Assembly (NCBI GenBank): GCA_030141605.1
Contig: JAQGDQ010002370.1
Coordinates: 709,167 to 773,166 of the forward strand
Direction of reading: 5' to 3'
Source of the DNA: Tubiluchus corallicola
Taxonomy: Eukaryota > Animalia > Priapulida
Length of the DNA stretch: 64,000 nt
Positions 27,720-42,100 of the stretch are shown here, one piece after another. The notes below the pieces were generated by a model. The model was not told where the DNA came from and searched no databases. It saw only the letters and a program-made list of their open reading frames with translations. A program made the translations under genes and the position numbers. Position 1 is the first letter of the stretch. Each line of letters opens with the position of its first letter.

Positions 27720-30700
27720 ATGGCAAATTTGCAAGACGTCAAAGTAAAAGACTCGATTACTATTTGTCAAATCAATATAAACAATATGTCAGATAGATCG
27801 AGGTTAGCTTTAGACAATTACGCAAACAGTATGTCTTTTGATGTGGTGGCAGTACAGGAAACGAAAATCACTAAAAATTTACAGCCAAAATTAACAAATT
27901 ACAAAGGTTATTTCAAAGAAGGCGTGAGCAATTACTCTGGTGGAGTAGCCTTGTATATAAAAGAAAATATTGCTAGTAACATGTTGTACTTATCAGATGC
28001 AAGCGATTCAGATTTAGATGTTGTATGGGTTATCTTAAATACGCCGCATACTAAAATGTTAATAGGATCTGTATATATAAAACCAAATTCACCTGAACAA
28101 ATGAGAAAATGGTTATTAATGTACAAGAAAGCAGCTTCTTTCGGCAGTAAACACGGTATATACAGTATTGCGGCTATAGGCGATCTAAACGCCCGTAATA
28201 TTCTCTGGGATAGGATTGACAATGAACATGGCATACAACTTCACAACTTCGTAAATCAGGCCAATGGTGAGCACGTCATTATTACGCCAAACGAACCCAC
28301 ATTCAGTTCTGCAACAGGTTCTAGTACGATTGATGTTATATTAGCTATCCAAAACTTTTCTGCCCAACTTTGTCAGCAATATGTAGAGAAAGATACAGAG
28401 CTCTTTTCGGGAGCACCCCAAATGGGCCACTTTGTTGTTATAAGTAAAATTAAATGTAAACTATCGGAAAGTGATAAAGTAGTTCGTTGTGTGTACGATT
28501 TTAAGAATAGTGATTGGTACAGATGGTCAGGTGTTCTGGAACGTAAAGTAAGAGAACAATTTCATGAACTAAATCAACTTATTCAGGCCAAAGATGTTCA
28601 GAGTGCTTGGGTACAGCTCCGAAAGGTCATAGAAAATGCAAACGAAGAAGCACTAAATAAGAAAATGATAACAAAATTTAGCAAACCTTTCTGGTCTAGT
28701 CAGTTAACAAAATTAAGTAATAAAGTGAGGCTTTGCAGGAAAAATTACCTGCAGATGTCCAATTACGAAAACAAGCAATCTTATGTGGAAGCCAAGTCAG
28801 AGTTTAGTGACGCGCTGCATTTAGAAATGAATAAGTGGATTGACAAAAATACTGAAAACTTAAATGTAGCACAAGGTAAGGAGTTCTGGAAAACATATAA
28901 ACGCGTTTTTGAAACTAAATCCAGTAACGAAATAGAAAGCCTAAAAGTGCAGGGTAAAGATTACGTAAGTGATGATGACAAAAGTAAACTCATGTACAAA
29001 ACATTTTTAGTGGAGAACATATAAATCCTAATTCATTTGATAATGCATGGTTTGAAGAAATCGAAGAAATTGTTGACCAGCAAATTGATCAACAAATAGC
29101 TGTGGAGCATACATGGCTAAATGATAAATTTAACATGAGGGAACTAAATAATGCGATAAAAAGTGTTAAAACAAATAACACGAGCATAGACATTCATGGG
29201 TTTCATCCACTAATGATAAAAAACATGGGATTTTGGGCTAAAGCCACCTTTCTCAATATAGTCAACATTTGCTTAGGCAGCAATATTTGGCCATGGAATG
29301 ACTCAAAGGTTACATTTATAAAAAAAATGGCAAGTCCGATTATAGTGACCCTAATAATTATAGACCTATCAGCATTACCTCCTACTATGGAAAACTAGCA
29401 GAAAAGCTTGTTGAAAATCGTGTAAGACAATTTTGTAATGCATATGACATTATTGATGATGAGCAAGAAGGCTTCAGGCCCAGACACAGTACAGTACGCT
29501 ACTTGGTCAGGCTTATTTCTAACCTGACTAGAACAAATTTACTTAAAACAAGCTGCATTGCAATTCTTTGCGACTTTCAAAAAGCTTTCGATAGTGTTTG
29601 GATAAAGGGGCTATTGTACAAGTTGTATCAATATGGTATTAAAGGAAACATGTTGTGTCTTATTAGTACATTTTTAAAAAATAGGAATATTGTTTTACGT
29701 ATTAATGGTCACACATCTCCAAAGTACAATTGTCAGTTGGGTCTCCCACAAGGTTCCGTTTTGTCACCATTACTGTTTTTGTTGTATGTTATTGACATGT
29801 TTGAATCAATAGATGATGAAGTAAGCTGTGGAAAATTTAAATATGCAGATGATGGTTCTTTGCTAATCGCAGCTGACACAAACTATGAATGTTATTTAAA
29901 AGCACAAAAATGTTGTGATAAACTGTACACTTGGTGTAAGAAGTGGCGGATGAACATAAACTGTGCCAAAAACAAAACTGAAGCCATTTTGTACAAGAAC
30001 TCAAAAATTTTGAATTGGGAACCAGATCCACCAAACCTCAAGTTTGGAAATAATCCTATTGATTATGTAAGAAAAAGCAAAGTGCTGGGTGTCACAGTGG
30101 ACAATCAATTAAATTTTAACACTCACGTGCTAGATACCAGGAAAAGGGCGTGGAAAACATGGCACCAGATAAAGCAGTTTTGTTTCCGGCACAAAGGTTT
30201 GCATATGAAGACAATTTTGAGACTTTTTAATATCATGGTACTTCCAACGATTTTGTACGCCTCGATAGCATGGTTAGCAAAGAACATCACGGCTTTTGAT
30301 GATATACTATATGATATGTTAAAAACGGCAACAGGAGTAGGTTTTAATCCTCCAAGAATTGAAACTGAATTAATTACAGGACTACCATCAATGGATGTTA
30401 TTTATTCTGTTTTATCTGTTAAGTCAGTATTGAAATTACTTACTTTACCTGCAGATGACTTAGTCAGAAAAGAACTAATTAAGGCGGATGAGAATTACAT
30501 CAGTGCTGAATATTGGAACCATTTCCTGGCAGAACACCTAAATAAGACTAGATTATTCTTAAAAACCATTAAAGGTCTAAACGCAAATCGAAATGAAATG
30601 TTACAGTCAATTCCACAAGACAATTTAAAATACACAAAGAAAGAATGTCAAAAATTCCTAGAGTTTCTATGGAAAAGAAAACTGTTGCTGGAAACCAGTT

Positions 30701-31088
30701 AGCTGGAAACCCTTTGGAAGAAGTTAAAGTTTGTGCAAAACCTTTAGATCTGCAAATAACAAGAAATGAACGTGTTATTGAAACCATTGCTTTCAACTTA
30801 TTATTAGGGAGAGGTTGTAATGAATTTAGCAATAGAATCGGTCTGATAGAAGCTGATATGTGTAAATGCAATGCAAACAGCCAAACGCCAGAACATATAA
30901 TTTTTAACTGTCCTCTAATAAAAGACGAACTCAGAAGGAAACTTGAAACTGCACTCCCATCTAGGCAACTTAAGGATATATACAGAATAAGAAGTAGAAA
31001 TGCTATTAATGCGTTTGTAGAAATTGTTAAAAATGCTAAAGAGGAAAATATAGCCGAAAAAACGTGGAGTTTATTTTTAAAAATGTGA
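27720..31088 (+). CDS. LINE ORF2: APE endonuclease, reverse transcriptase and C-terminal CCHC motif (about 1120 aa); three -1 frameshifts
   Basis: APE motifs CQININ, VAVQET, SGGVALY, GDLNA, PTF, STID; RT motifs NYRPISITS, QEGFR, DFQKAFDSVW, GLPQGSVLSPLLF, YADD, LGV; C-terminal CKC-x8-H-x4-C; no RNase H motifs recognised. Confidence 0.92.
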
Positions 31089-31411
31089 AGTCCAGTCACT
31101 GTCATTTTATATAATTAGATTGCTACCCGTCAATGAAAATATAAAAGTAAGAGTTATTTATAAAATTAGGTAAATATAAATTTAAATGTAAATCTAGCTA
31201 TGTTGCCTCTAGTTGTTGATATGTTTTTGTATATAAGCGTTTTACTGTTATCATAGTCACAAATGATATTAAAAGGGATAATTGTAATTATTTTCCAACT
31301 TATTATAATCATGTTCATACTGGTCCCTGCAAATAGAGGGAATTTATGTATATTATGTATGTATTTATGTTAATATATATAATAAAATAGAGTTGTAATA
31401 ATAATAAAAAA

Positions 31412-31430
31412 TCTCTCTCTCTCTCTCTCT

Positions 31431-31466
<36 letters not shown>
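31412..31466 (+). repeat. (TC)n followed by (TA)n microsatellite, 3' flank of the LINE
   Basis: About 10 TC units start immediately after the A tail, followed by a TA run. Confidence 0.97.
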
Positions 31467-31468
<2 letters not shown>

Positions 31469-32429
31469 TATTTTCAATGCCGTGAGCAATGTCTAGGGGT
31501 CAGTGAATTGTTATAAAAATTATTAAGAAAAAACAACTTTAGATCCGTGACAGATGAAAACGTAAATCATAAACGGAACCATGAGTCATTTATGCAACAG
31601 TTACAACTAAAACACAGGGTGGTACACAACCTTTTGCGTTGGAACAAAAATAAGTAGTACACCTAATTATTGTTCAGGGAATATGCCATCAAAATATGGT
31701 AAAAGCCTATTAGATATAGCACAGCCTACAATAATGAAAAGGTGACTGGAGTAGGGACTCGAAGAACTCAAGGCCCTCCAACACATAAGTTTAGTTGAAT
31801 ACTGACCATGGCTTATTTTTGTCATCTTTTAGTTTTATCTCTTATCATTCATCTTCCACTTTGTCTTTCGGGATAGCTAATTTGTTAACGGGTTTGAGGT
31901 CCGGTGAACTTCCAAGCCATTTAGGTCAATCGATAAATTACTCCCAGCATTTTTAGGTCAGTGCTCCGTTCGTACCCTCCAAATTACGTGAAAGACCAGA
32001 TTGTGTGAAGACACGCGAGGTTTCCATACTATGTTCTAAAGGCATAATAGATTCTCTATTATTTCTGCAATCCTTTGACGTAATAAATTATTCTGTATAT
32101 CTGTACCCCCGTACTCATTGCACTCATCGCGTATAAGTAAATTTCATATACAGCTACCCGAGGATAAAGCTACAGAGTAATAGCATATTTCAAAACACAC
32201 TCCGTCTATTTGAAAAATATTATCAATTGTCTAAACTTCAGGATATAAATTGGAAAGTTTCACAAATATCTTGAACCAAAACACCAACTGGATCGTCAGC
32301 AGCTCTGGTGGGAGTTGGGGATGTTGCTTAGGAAGGATGACCCATGCCTGTCTGGGAAGATACGTTGGCGATTAAGGCGGCATACAAGATAGGGGGCGAC
32401 TAGTCCGTTGCTCGGCTGCCTTCTTCCCC

Positions 32430-32475
32430 CTGCACACGACCAGGTACTCAGTTAAGGGTGAGTAGGCTTAGGAAA
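32430..32475 (-). mobile_element. SINE core fragment (Nin/Deu-domain-like)
   Basis: Reverse complement GCCTACTCACCCTTAACTGAGTACCTGG resembles the conserved GTCCACCCAGCTGTAAATGAGTACCTG core. Confidence 0.3.
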
Positions 32476-35400
32476 AGCGATCAGAAAGTTCTGATTAGGT
32501 GGTAAATAATGGTACTCTCGCACACCTTATCCTGTAATAATAGTCACAGCCGGGGCGAAATGATAATTAAAGACGTGTACCTTATAAGCATTTCTGATAT
32601 CACCAATCCTGGCATCCTGGTTATGCGGTGCTGACAAGCAATGTGCGTATCTTTTTAATGCTGGCCAGTATTTAGCCTTTGTATTTTTCCGTTTTGTAGC
32701 AACCCAACCCGTTCGTCAAACCGGGGCTACGTTTATCTGCATAATTGCAACTCATTTATCAATTACACAGAAGCAGTTCGCGTTTTACATGCATGCATTA
32801 GCAGTAATTAACATACAGCCAAATTGTCTATTAATTTCTTTATGAAAACGCTTTATTATATTTAACCAATCATCCAGTCAGCTCGGCAAAATAATTTGTT
32901 TAGCGTTCAGCTTTTATGAAAAGTAAAATGAGCAATGAGCTAGACTTTTAAAAACATAAAATGAAGCCTAGTGTCATTATACCACTCTAATTACAGCCAA
33001 ACTGGAAGCCAAAATTATACTACTTAATATATGTACATGTACGCCTATAAGCGTGTAATGCATCATAAGGCTAGTTTTATAAAAAAAATTATTTCTTAAT
33101 TAACAAACCAACCTCACGGGACGACAGTCAGCTCGTTTTTAATAAAAAAGTTAGTTCACTAATTTATTGTTTCTGGAGAACAGCATTTCGTTGCTGGTTA
33201 AATGATCATGATTCCATCCATTTACTAATATACATCTACAGGTTAATGAAAATTACGGATTTTCCAAGAAACAGCTTATATAATGTTTATGATATAGAAA
33301 ATACCTTTTGCCATTTTTTAAATTATTTTCAAGCGCACCAAACTGTATACATATACAAGCTGACGGTGCAGCATCTTGTTACATTTATCATGTTCCCTGC
33401 TCCTAACAGGAATTCCTCTAGAGTTTCAATACCACCACTATGAAGCTCATGAATTGATCGTACCGCAATATACAAGTACAAATCAAAGCTTAAAAATGTA
33501 GACCTTGGTCTACTCCAGCAAAGTTCGCAGAACAAAAACGAGTAATAAATACAGACCCGATCAAACTACACATTCTAAATTTAATAACTATTATTCCATT
33601 AATCGTGTCATAAATTTTTCATGATTATTTACATACACTTTTTGACGTTCACAATAAAATATGCACACGTACCCATACATGAAATATACTGCATAAGACG
33701 AAAACTACTCAAGTCATCCTTAAAAACGAATCAGGTAAATTAAAATGAAAAACAGCAATTATTAGTTTGACTATACACTACCGTACTGGTTAAGAAAAAA
33801 AACAAATCATAACTGAATTACGCAAATATTACCAGCAATTCAGTATCAAAAACTCCAAACACAAAACAAGAAAATATTATAAACGGACTAGTTCCAAGTT
33901 GTGAACTGATAGCTAAACACATATGCATGTCCAGAAAGTCAAACTGCAAATTACTTTCTTTTTAGATAAAAAACTGAAGATTCGCGTAAGTTAAAAGCAA
34001 ATTTTCTGCACATAGCAGTTTCACGTTCACACAGTGCAGCTGCGTCTAGTTAAATTAACCTTCGGTGAGAACGTGACTAGCTTCTTTAGTTAGTTAAATA
34101 TGACCTTCACGTGATCTCCTGAATAAGAAACTAAATTAGCACCCAAGGTGAATCAATTCTGCAGTCAACCGTTACTCATGAAAAAATAGCATGCAGTTAT
34201 AGAAATGATAGTTTTGCTTCTTTCGTAATAACAGGCATTACTTTAATAATAAGCAGTAACTAGAAACCATTAGAGAAGGAATGGACTGTCATAAATAAGT
34301 GCTAAGGACCAATATTGCAGTCAAAAACAACGCCATAAATACATTGCACCATTATATAGATACAAGCATTGCGTATCTATTACAGACACTGTTTTTACTC
34401 GGCTCAGATTCGCTGGTGAATCAATTTTATACCTTTATGCAAACTACGGGGAAAACAGGATGACACGCTGTATATATTTCTTAATGATACTGTTGTGATA
34501 TGCAGCAATTTTACTTTAACAGTTTGGTTAATGTCTTACTAAACTTCCCACTGTATGGAATGGATTATTGAGAAGCAGTACGAAATTCGCATGTTATGTA
34601 AACCGGGCTGGATTGTTTGTGATAAGCAATGGATTCACATGGTTGTAAACATTTAATAGGTTAAATGTGTATTGTTCATTTCCTCTTTTGTTGCTGTTAT
34701 TTCTTTGAGTGGATTTATACTCGCTACCTATGTTCCTGTACATGTATTATGAATATACGCTTTATGCATATGTCCATGTAATAAATGCCACAGTATGTCA
34801 CGACCTGATCTATTTGCATGTAATGTTTTGAACCTTCATAAAGAACAAAGCTTCCCTCAGCGCAGTAATCAGTAGATGCTGACATATTCAATAAGAGAAC
34901 ACGATATAATTCGTCACTATGACTAGCTGATTTGAGCAAACAACCTTTGTTTTTAACTGTGATATTATTTCTACTAAACTCTCCTGACACATAACCCTAA
35001 TAACAGATATTACATAGGGCTATAAAACTTCTTTATGTTGTGCTTTTCAGTTAGCATTAATAACTGGGTATTACTGTGTAGTGCATAAAAACAGTATAAA
35101 TTTTGTTTAAATTTACAATTAATAACTTCTAAATAACTTATTCATCCTTATCTCTCGCACAATATTATAGTTAAAATGGATTTGTGTGTTATAAATAAAT
35201 GCTAAACACCAACCATTATCGCAAACAAAAACAAATTTCTATGCTTGAAACACTGTTAGCACGATCCAAAAATCCAACATACATAGTTAACTGCAGTGAG
35301 GTGTGTTCTGTTTTCTAGATCACTTAGACGATTGGAGTCTAAAAAGCCCATTGCTGCTGAGCCTTTAACCCAATTGCCCACTAATATGCTTTTAGTTAAT

Positions 35401-35945
35401 TGGTCCATAAGTCTCGATCCCAGTCAAATCCCTATCATGTCAGTCACTAGTATAACTGGCTATTAAACAAACATGCTAGATATAGGTATGACATAAATCA
35501 AAGTATAAGAAAAAATCATTCTGCACTGAATATTGAGTTAACAATGAACAACTTAAACAACATCAACTGCAGATAAAATACAAATTTACTGATCTTATAA
35601 TGAGACTGTGTTTAAAGATTTGTTTATACAACTAATGAGTTTGTATTTTATCTACAGTTGGTGTTATTTACATTAGTCTTTGTTACTGTCAATCTAGATT
35701 TGCAGAGTCACACTTTTCTGCATATTTTAGTGACAATTTGGACAAAAGACAATTTTAATAAATTGGCAACAGTAAAGATGATAACAAGCAGCTATTAACT
35801 ACATCTATTTACAAACTATACAGGCAAACATAATAGTATCTCATAAGAATGATAATCCAATTCAATTCTTCCATCATCACTATCACCATCATCAAACATC
35901 CTAATAATTATCACATGAATACAAATATCTAATTTTCATCTAATA

Positions 35946-36159
35946 TTAACTTTGACTGCCAGCAGATGGCCCGTTGGTTTCATCATCACCGAGGTTTATA
36001 AGAACATCTTCTGAAGATTCTTTATGTTTTTGTTGCTGTTCTTGCCACATACTGCCGTAAGCTCCATTTTGTAGTAATAATTCATCGTGCCTCCCTCGCT
36101 CAATAATTTCCCCCTCTCGCAATACCAGTATTAAATCTGCATGTATTATAGTTGATAGT
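35946..36159 (-). CDS. ABCB6: ABCB6 coding exon 20 (terminal)
   Basis: [28 protein letters not shown]...GAYGSMW...; TAA at 35946-35948; 214 nt. Confidence 0.94.
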
Positions 36160-39100
36160 CTGCAAATGAGGTTAAAATGAGAGAGAATCAATATTTCTTT
36201 ACTAAAGTGACCAACAGCAGTCAGTCAACTTATCCAACTTTACTGCATTTTAAAATAATAAAAGTTGTTGGAGTCTTGCCTATGTTGTCAGCTGCTGGTT
36301 CGGCAACTCTAAGAGAAATTGTGTTAGGGATAATTAAGAAACTCAAACAACATTTCAATAATTTATAATACCTGTACAAAAGGTATAATACTTAATGTTT
36401 CAGTAAGTAAACTATTATATACACAAGTGCATTTACAGAAATTCATTCAAAACATCACGCTCGTATAAGCCACAACGATACCTTTTTCAGGCATCAAAAA
36501 ATTGAATTCGTGACAATGAAATTATATTAGTGTTAAGAATAATAAATCAGAGAAAGCCTAAATGACATTATAGCAGGTATTACTGATTAAGTCTCCCTCT
36601 CAAATTTTCTGTCAAAAAATGCTCACACAAATCAGCTGGCTGCATGACTTTATCTGGTCTTAATTTTTCTGTCATCTAACAATCTTTTAACACAAGGAGA
36701 CAATAAATTACAATTACAATACTTTTCTATCACTTTTTTGTTTTTTGGTTCAAGGTTAGAGTACCTCTCATCACACATCATTCGAAAAAGTTACGACAGA
36801 GTTAGATAACTCACAAATCCATGTATTCTAATACTAAAGCTCAATGATGTAGATCACCAGTACCATAGATACTATCCATTCTGATGGAGATACATTCTAA
36901 ATACAATGCGGACGTCTCAAGAAATGTCCACAAGTCTTTACTAATTTATTTTAATTATCCTTTACTTATCTTTAAATGAAAGTCCAGGCTTGTTCAAAAA
37001 CTTTGCAAATGTAGCCTATTAAATATTAGGGAAAACAGCAGCCATACTAAATGTAAGAGTAAAACAAAAATTAGCCTTCCCAGCAAAAAATCACTGACAA
37101 CTGTGTTATACCTGTGAGCCACTACCAAAGTGGTTCTTCCTGCGCAAACCCTTGCTAAAGACGACTGAATTGCTCGCTCAGTTTTAGTATCCAAAGCAGA
37201 TGTTGCCTGTCAAATATGCATATGAATTAATCAAAAAACTAGACAAGATACTCACAGTCAAAATATCACACCACTAGTTCATTAAATATCATTAAGCACT
37301 ATACTATATTTACTATTTACTTTTTACTTTTAATTAACAAATACCCAACAATAAAGAAATGGAAAAGGAACAGAGGGATTTTATTTATACAGTGAAAACT
37401 TGCAAAATATACCTGTTCACATAGTGAAGACTGCAATCTGGTGTATGATATGTATGAAAGTAGTGACCATTGTATCAGCTAAAGCTATTCAGACAGTTAA
37501 AACAGTGACTAATGCATAACACTGCTATTTACAAAGTGAAAACTGTGATTATTCCCACAGCGAAAACTGCTAATGGTGCACAATATGAATATTAATATAA
37601 TCGTGTTATTAATGTGCCTTTGCCTCCCAGCAAAAACAGTATATAGTGGTACTATTTGTAAACACATCGATATTCAAGTCGTGATTTATTTTCGAGATTA
37701 TTTGTATTCACACACTGCTATGGAACAACAATGAATTATGAATAAAAGTGATCTGTGAATACTGTTTTGGTAGCACAGCATACATTGCTAAGCCTTTGTT
37801 TAGCTAAGTAATTAAATAATGTCAGTATTGTCGTTTGTACCATACAGTGTTGTACTGTGAACTATGCCTTACACTACTATTCCTAAATATAATTTGAAAT
37901 TTTTTATTTGTAAGCTGTTTGCGAGCAACTATCGAAATTTAGAACTACTATTCATTTATGTTAATTTTTGCAATTCATAGGCTCAATTGTTTTTAAAAAA
38001 TAATACCTACATTAATAACTCCACAAAATTAGCCTAAATTAAGAACTCACATACATAGTACAGCAGTAATATAATATTATAAAACAAAATTTCACCCAGC
38101 AAATTAAAAACCTTGTTTCTTGAAATTATATTTAAAACAGCACATGTTCATACTTTCAATCTGAAATATTTGTTTGCCATCAGGATAACCAGTTTAAGAA
38201 CTATAGCTTACTAACTGCATAAATCATTTAATTTCAATCAATTTTTTGATGTCTACTTGCAATCATCACATGCTTCTAAAACTTTCCCTTCCACATAGAT
38301 AAGCATCCCTTTACTTTTCCAGTACAAAAACCAAAATGCTTGCAAGATGTTTTATATTTAAGTTGTTCATTATACAAAAGTTCAAAATGCTAACCATGAG
38401 ATAGACATTAACTTTTCTTACTTGTTCTACTCACTGCAATTAAAATTTTTTCGAGAGTTAATTGTGCTAATGTCAAAACCAAAGCTATCTTAGATAGTCA
38501 AAACTGTTAAATCTCAAGTAATAAGTGATTTTACTAAAATTAGGGAAAAAGTATAAGAAATCTTCACCTCATCAAGCAAGACAATCTGGGGAGCCTTCAG
38601 TATCGTCCTAGCAATGGCCACTCGTTGCTTTTCTCCACCACTCAGTTTTAACCCACGTTCTCCTACTGTTGTGTCATAACCTGTAACAAACAGTTTACAA
38701 CTATTATAACATACATGGATTTTCATCAATATTAAACCACTAAAACCACTGCCCTTCACAGGTGTGTACCATATTTTTCACCACATGAAATGTGCTTTTT
38801 TCCAGCAGAAAGTCAAAAACCATGCTAAAAGCAGCTTGGATCTTATTGAGGAGGCCTAATATAGACGACAACGCTATTGCTGCACTTATAACAGGCAAAT
38901 ATACTAATGGCAATTGACATGCGCACCTTTTATTGCAGGTTAAATGATTACAGATGAAGGTCAAGCTAAAAACCACTTTTAACTTTTAAATTATGTCTTA
39001 TACAACCGCTTCTATCATGCAAATATGAAATGACTAGAGCTCACAATCTTGTAACTTGATACACTAGCAGTTGTGCACTGGGTAGTGTGACTCAAAGAAA

Positions 39101-42100
39101 CAATCAGGACAAAGTCGTCTGCAAATTGTAAATGTGAATCATGAGCCATTACTGAGTTTAAAACCTAACAGAGGCTAAAAATCTGTTAATTTTGATTTTG
39201 CTCTACAAAATGAGGGTGCCACTTATATGTCAGTGCATCTTACAGGGCAGAAATACAGTAGCTTATTATAACAGCTATCATCAACTAGTGCTACCTACCA
39301 TCAGGAAATGTAGTTATCCTGTCATGTATTTCAGCAGCTCTCGCAGCCTTTTCCACCTCTTCATCTTCTGCAGTCACTCGGCCATACCTAACATTGTACC
39401 TGGATAATACAAAACATAAAAAACAATATTTAAGACAGAGAAATGTGCATAAAGAAGCAGAAGACTTTGAGCACATAAATTACAAAATAATGTACTGTTT
39501 TTTACAATTTTTTTTTTGCACTGAACCAGCAATGCCAGAAAATTTCTCATTATCACAGTTTTGTCAATCAAATAATTTACTTAAACTCGGCATAGTTAAG
39601 AATCCTGTGAAAAACATATTTAGTTGGACAAGGTTATCACAATGCTAGAGCATCAGATCAAAGTCATTTTAAGTTTTGATGGAGCTTGTGCATTCAAACC
39701 TGTGAACACCAGGAGAATGTATTAAGAAAACCATATGATCGGCAGGTGTGTTTTTTTAATGATGACATCAGAAAAAAGACATTCATAAACATTTACGAAG
39801 TGTCCCACGTTGCCTGACATCAAGGTTGTCAAACTTAAAAATGCAGTGGCTTTGCTACCATGTGACAACCATCAATCCAATGTCCAAATAAGAAGCAAGA
39901 AAATGTAAAGCGTACTCAAGTCATCACGCAAATATTCAGGATAGGGTAAAAGCAGATGTCATGCTCAACTGCATGGCTGGCTTCTCTTATTATATTAATT
40001 ATATGTGTCTTGAGTAAGACAAGTATGTGACAATTCAGTTATCATCACAGTAAAATAAGCTTGAAGGCTTTTGTTTGACTTCTTGCTAGCCGAATAATGG
40101 TACTTTTTCTGACTATAACTAATCTCACATGGCAAGTTGCAAAACTTTTTATAGAGGTATCAAAGTACCCAATTTTCAAAATTATTTGGATTTCAATTTG
40201 TTTAGAAAACAGTTAAAAACAGTTACTTGGCATTCAGGAAGTCAAATAACTCACACAATATTAGCTTTTATGTGCAGTAGATAACATAACTGGGCAAAAC
40301 AAACTTACATGATGTTGTCGTTAAAAAGAACAGTATCCTGAGGGACTACGCCAATAGTCTTTCTAAGAGAAGACTGTTTAACCTGTAAAAAAAAGTAATG
40401 TAGAATCTGTGATAAAAATGCTCAAATGGGGAAATTTAAAAATTATTCATTCTACAGCACATAGTGTGCTCCATAATTTAAACAGTAAGGTAATGTGCTA
40501 ATGCTAATGTTAAGTGCTCATAAAGGAGACCACCTTTTTCAACATAAGACTCAGAGTACTCATAGAAAAGCATCTCGCTGCCAATTATATAGAAATTAGT
40601 CACTCATACAAAAAACTTTAATAAGTGTGCACACGAAAGATAGTAGACTTCAAAGTATAAATTAATTCATCACACTGCCCAGTTTATAAATTAGCATCCT
40701 CATTCATATTACCTGCGAGATATCTTGATCATCGATAAGTATACTGCCACTATTTACATCGTAGAACCTGAATATCAAACGAACAATGGTGCTTTTTCCA
40801 CTTCCTGTATGACCAACCTGCATCAGAAAATACTCACCCATAAAATCACTGCAGATATATAAATGTTAACTGCACAATTATTAATGATTAATGGTATTTT
40901 TCATGCAATTCAGCATTCAGTGAGCTGAGACCCAGCACACTGTTCCAAGACCTACTCAACATACAAACTCGTAGCAGGATAATTCTCTAAGATAAAACAC
41001 ATGACCAGCAAAAGTATCTCAGCTACATTTGTGTATATGCTGTCTCAGTAAGACTATATTTCCCTCAGGCAGTACGACAAATGAAACAGCTTAGAAGGAG
41101 TATTGTACCCATGATATCTTATACTGCTTGTCCTGCTAAACTATAAATCTCTGTTTTTAAATTTTTAAAAACCTCTGCATTATTCAAATGCTACTGATTA
41201 AAAAATCTAAACATACCAATGCCACTGTTTGTCCAGGCTCGACAGTAAACGAAACAGACTTCAATATTTGCCTCCTTCACAAATACAAGAAAAAAATTGA
41301 TACTAAATGCTTTTCAGAAGTGATCCCTTAAATTAAGCAGGAAAGACAATAAAAAAACTCCTAGAATCTGGAAATACCATATATACGTGTGTACAAGTCA
41401 GCATTATGTACGAGTCGGTGTTGTACATTTTAAGACCAAAAATTGCATCATTTTATATATTACCTGTGCACAATTCCACCATAAAATATTAAGATCTTCC
41501 AAAGTAAATGATGTCAACAATGGCCGAGTAATAAATCAATAGCAGCCTACTGTGTTAGTGTGTAAGATACGTACAAGTGCCTGGGCCAAGTATATTATAT
41601 CTAACCAGTGTGTGGTGTGTGTGTGTGTGTGTGTGTGTATTCATGTTGAGGGCCCTCAATGCAATCCAAGATAATACAGCCTGGCCTTTCATCGTGCATA
41701 ATTTGTTTGTAATGCCTTTAACTCTAGGATATAGCGGTCAGGATCCGTCGTAACATTTCAGTCGCTGATTTCTCACTTATAACTAAAAACTCATATCTGA
41801 AACGTCACAGTTTAATTCAGTAACATCATAAGCAATTCCATGTTCTGATCAAGTGCTCCGTCGCTAGTTTATTTACTGGTAATATATAAATTTTAACTTA
41901 ATTTCACATACATTAAAATAAATTACAGTAATATTTGTTAATTTTGTGAAGTAATGTCAAGATGCAAACATTCTCTGATGTGAAGTATCACAGTATGAGT
42001 GTTCATTCAGTCCAGCATATAGTGAAGGATTATTTCTTTACATATTCCTATTGTAGACGACTCTTTAGCAACATCTCCCAAAAACATATCGTGAGTATAA

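Noticed and set aside
29320-29327. Programmed -1 ribosomal frameshift as the sole explanation for the ORF2 breaks
   Set aside because: Only one of three sites fits the X XXY YYZ pattern, and it falls inside the conserved RT; indel error or mutation is simpler.
26275-31105. Antisense ORFs within the LINE
   Set aside because: Shadows of the sense ORFs with no recognisable motifs.
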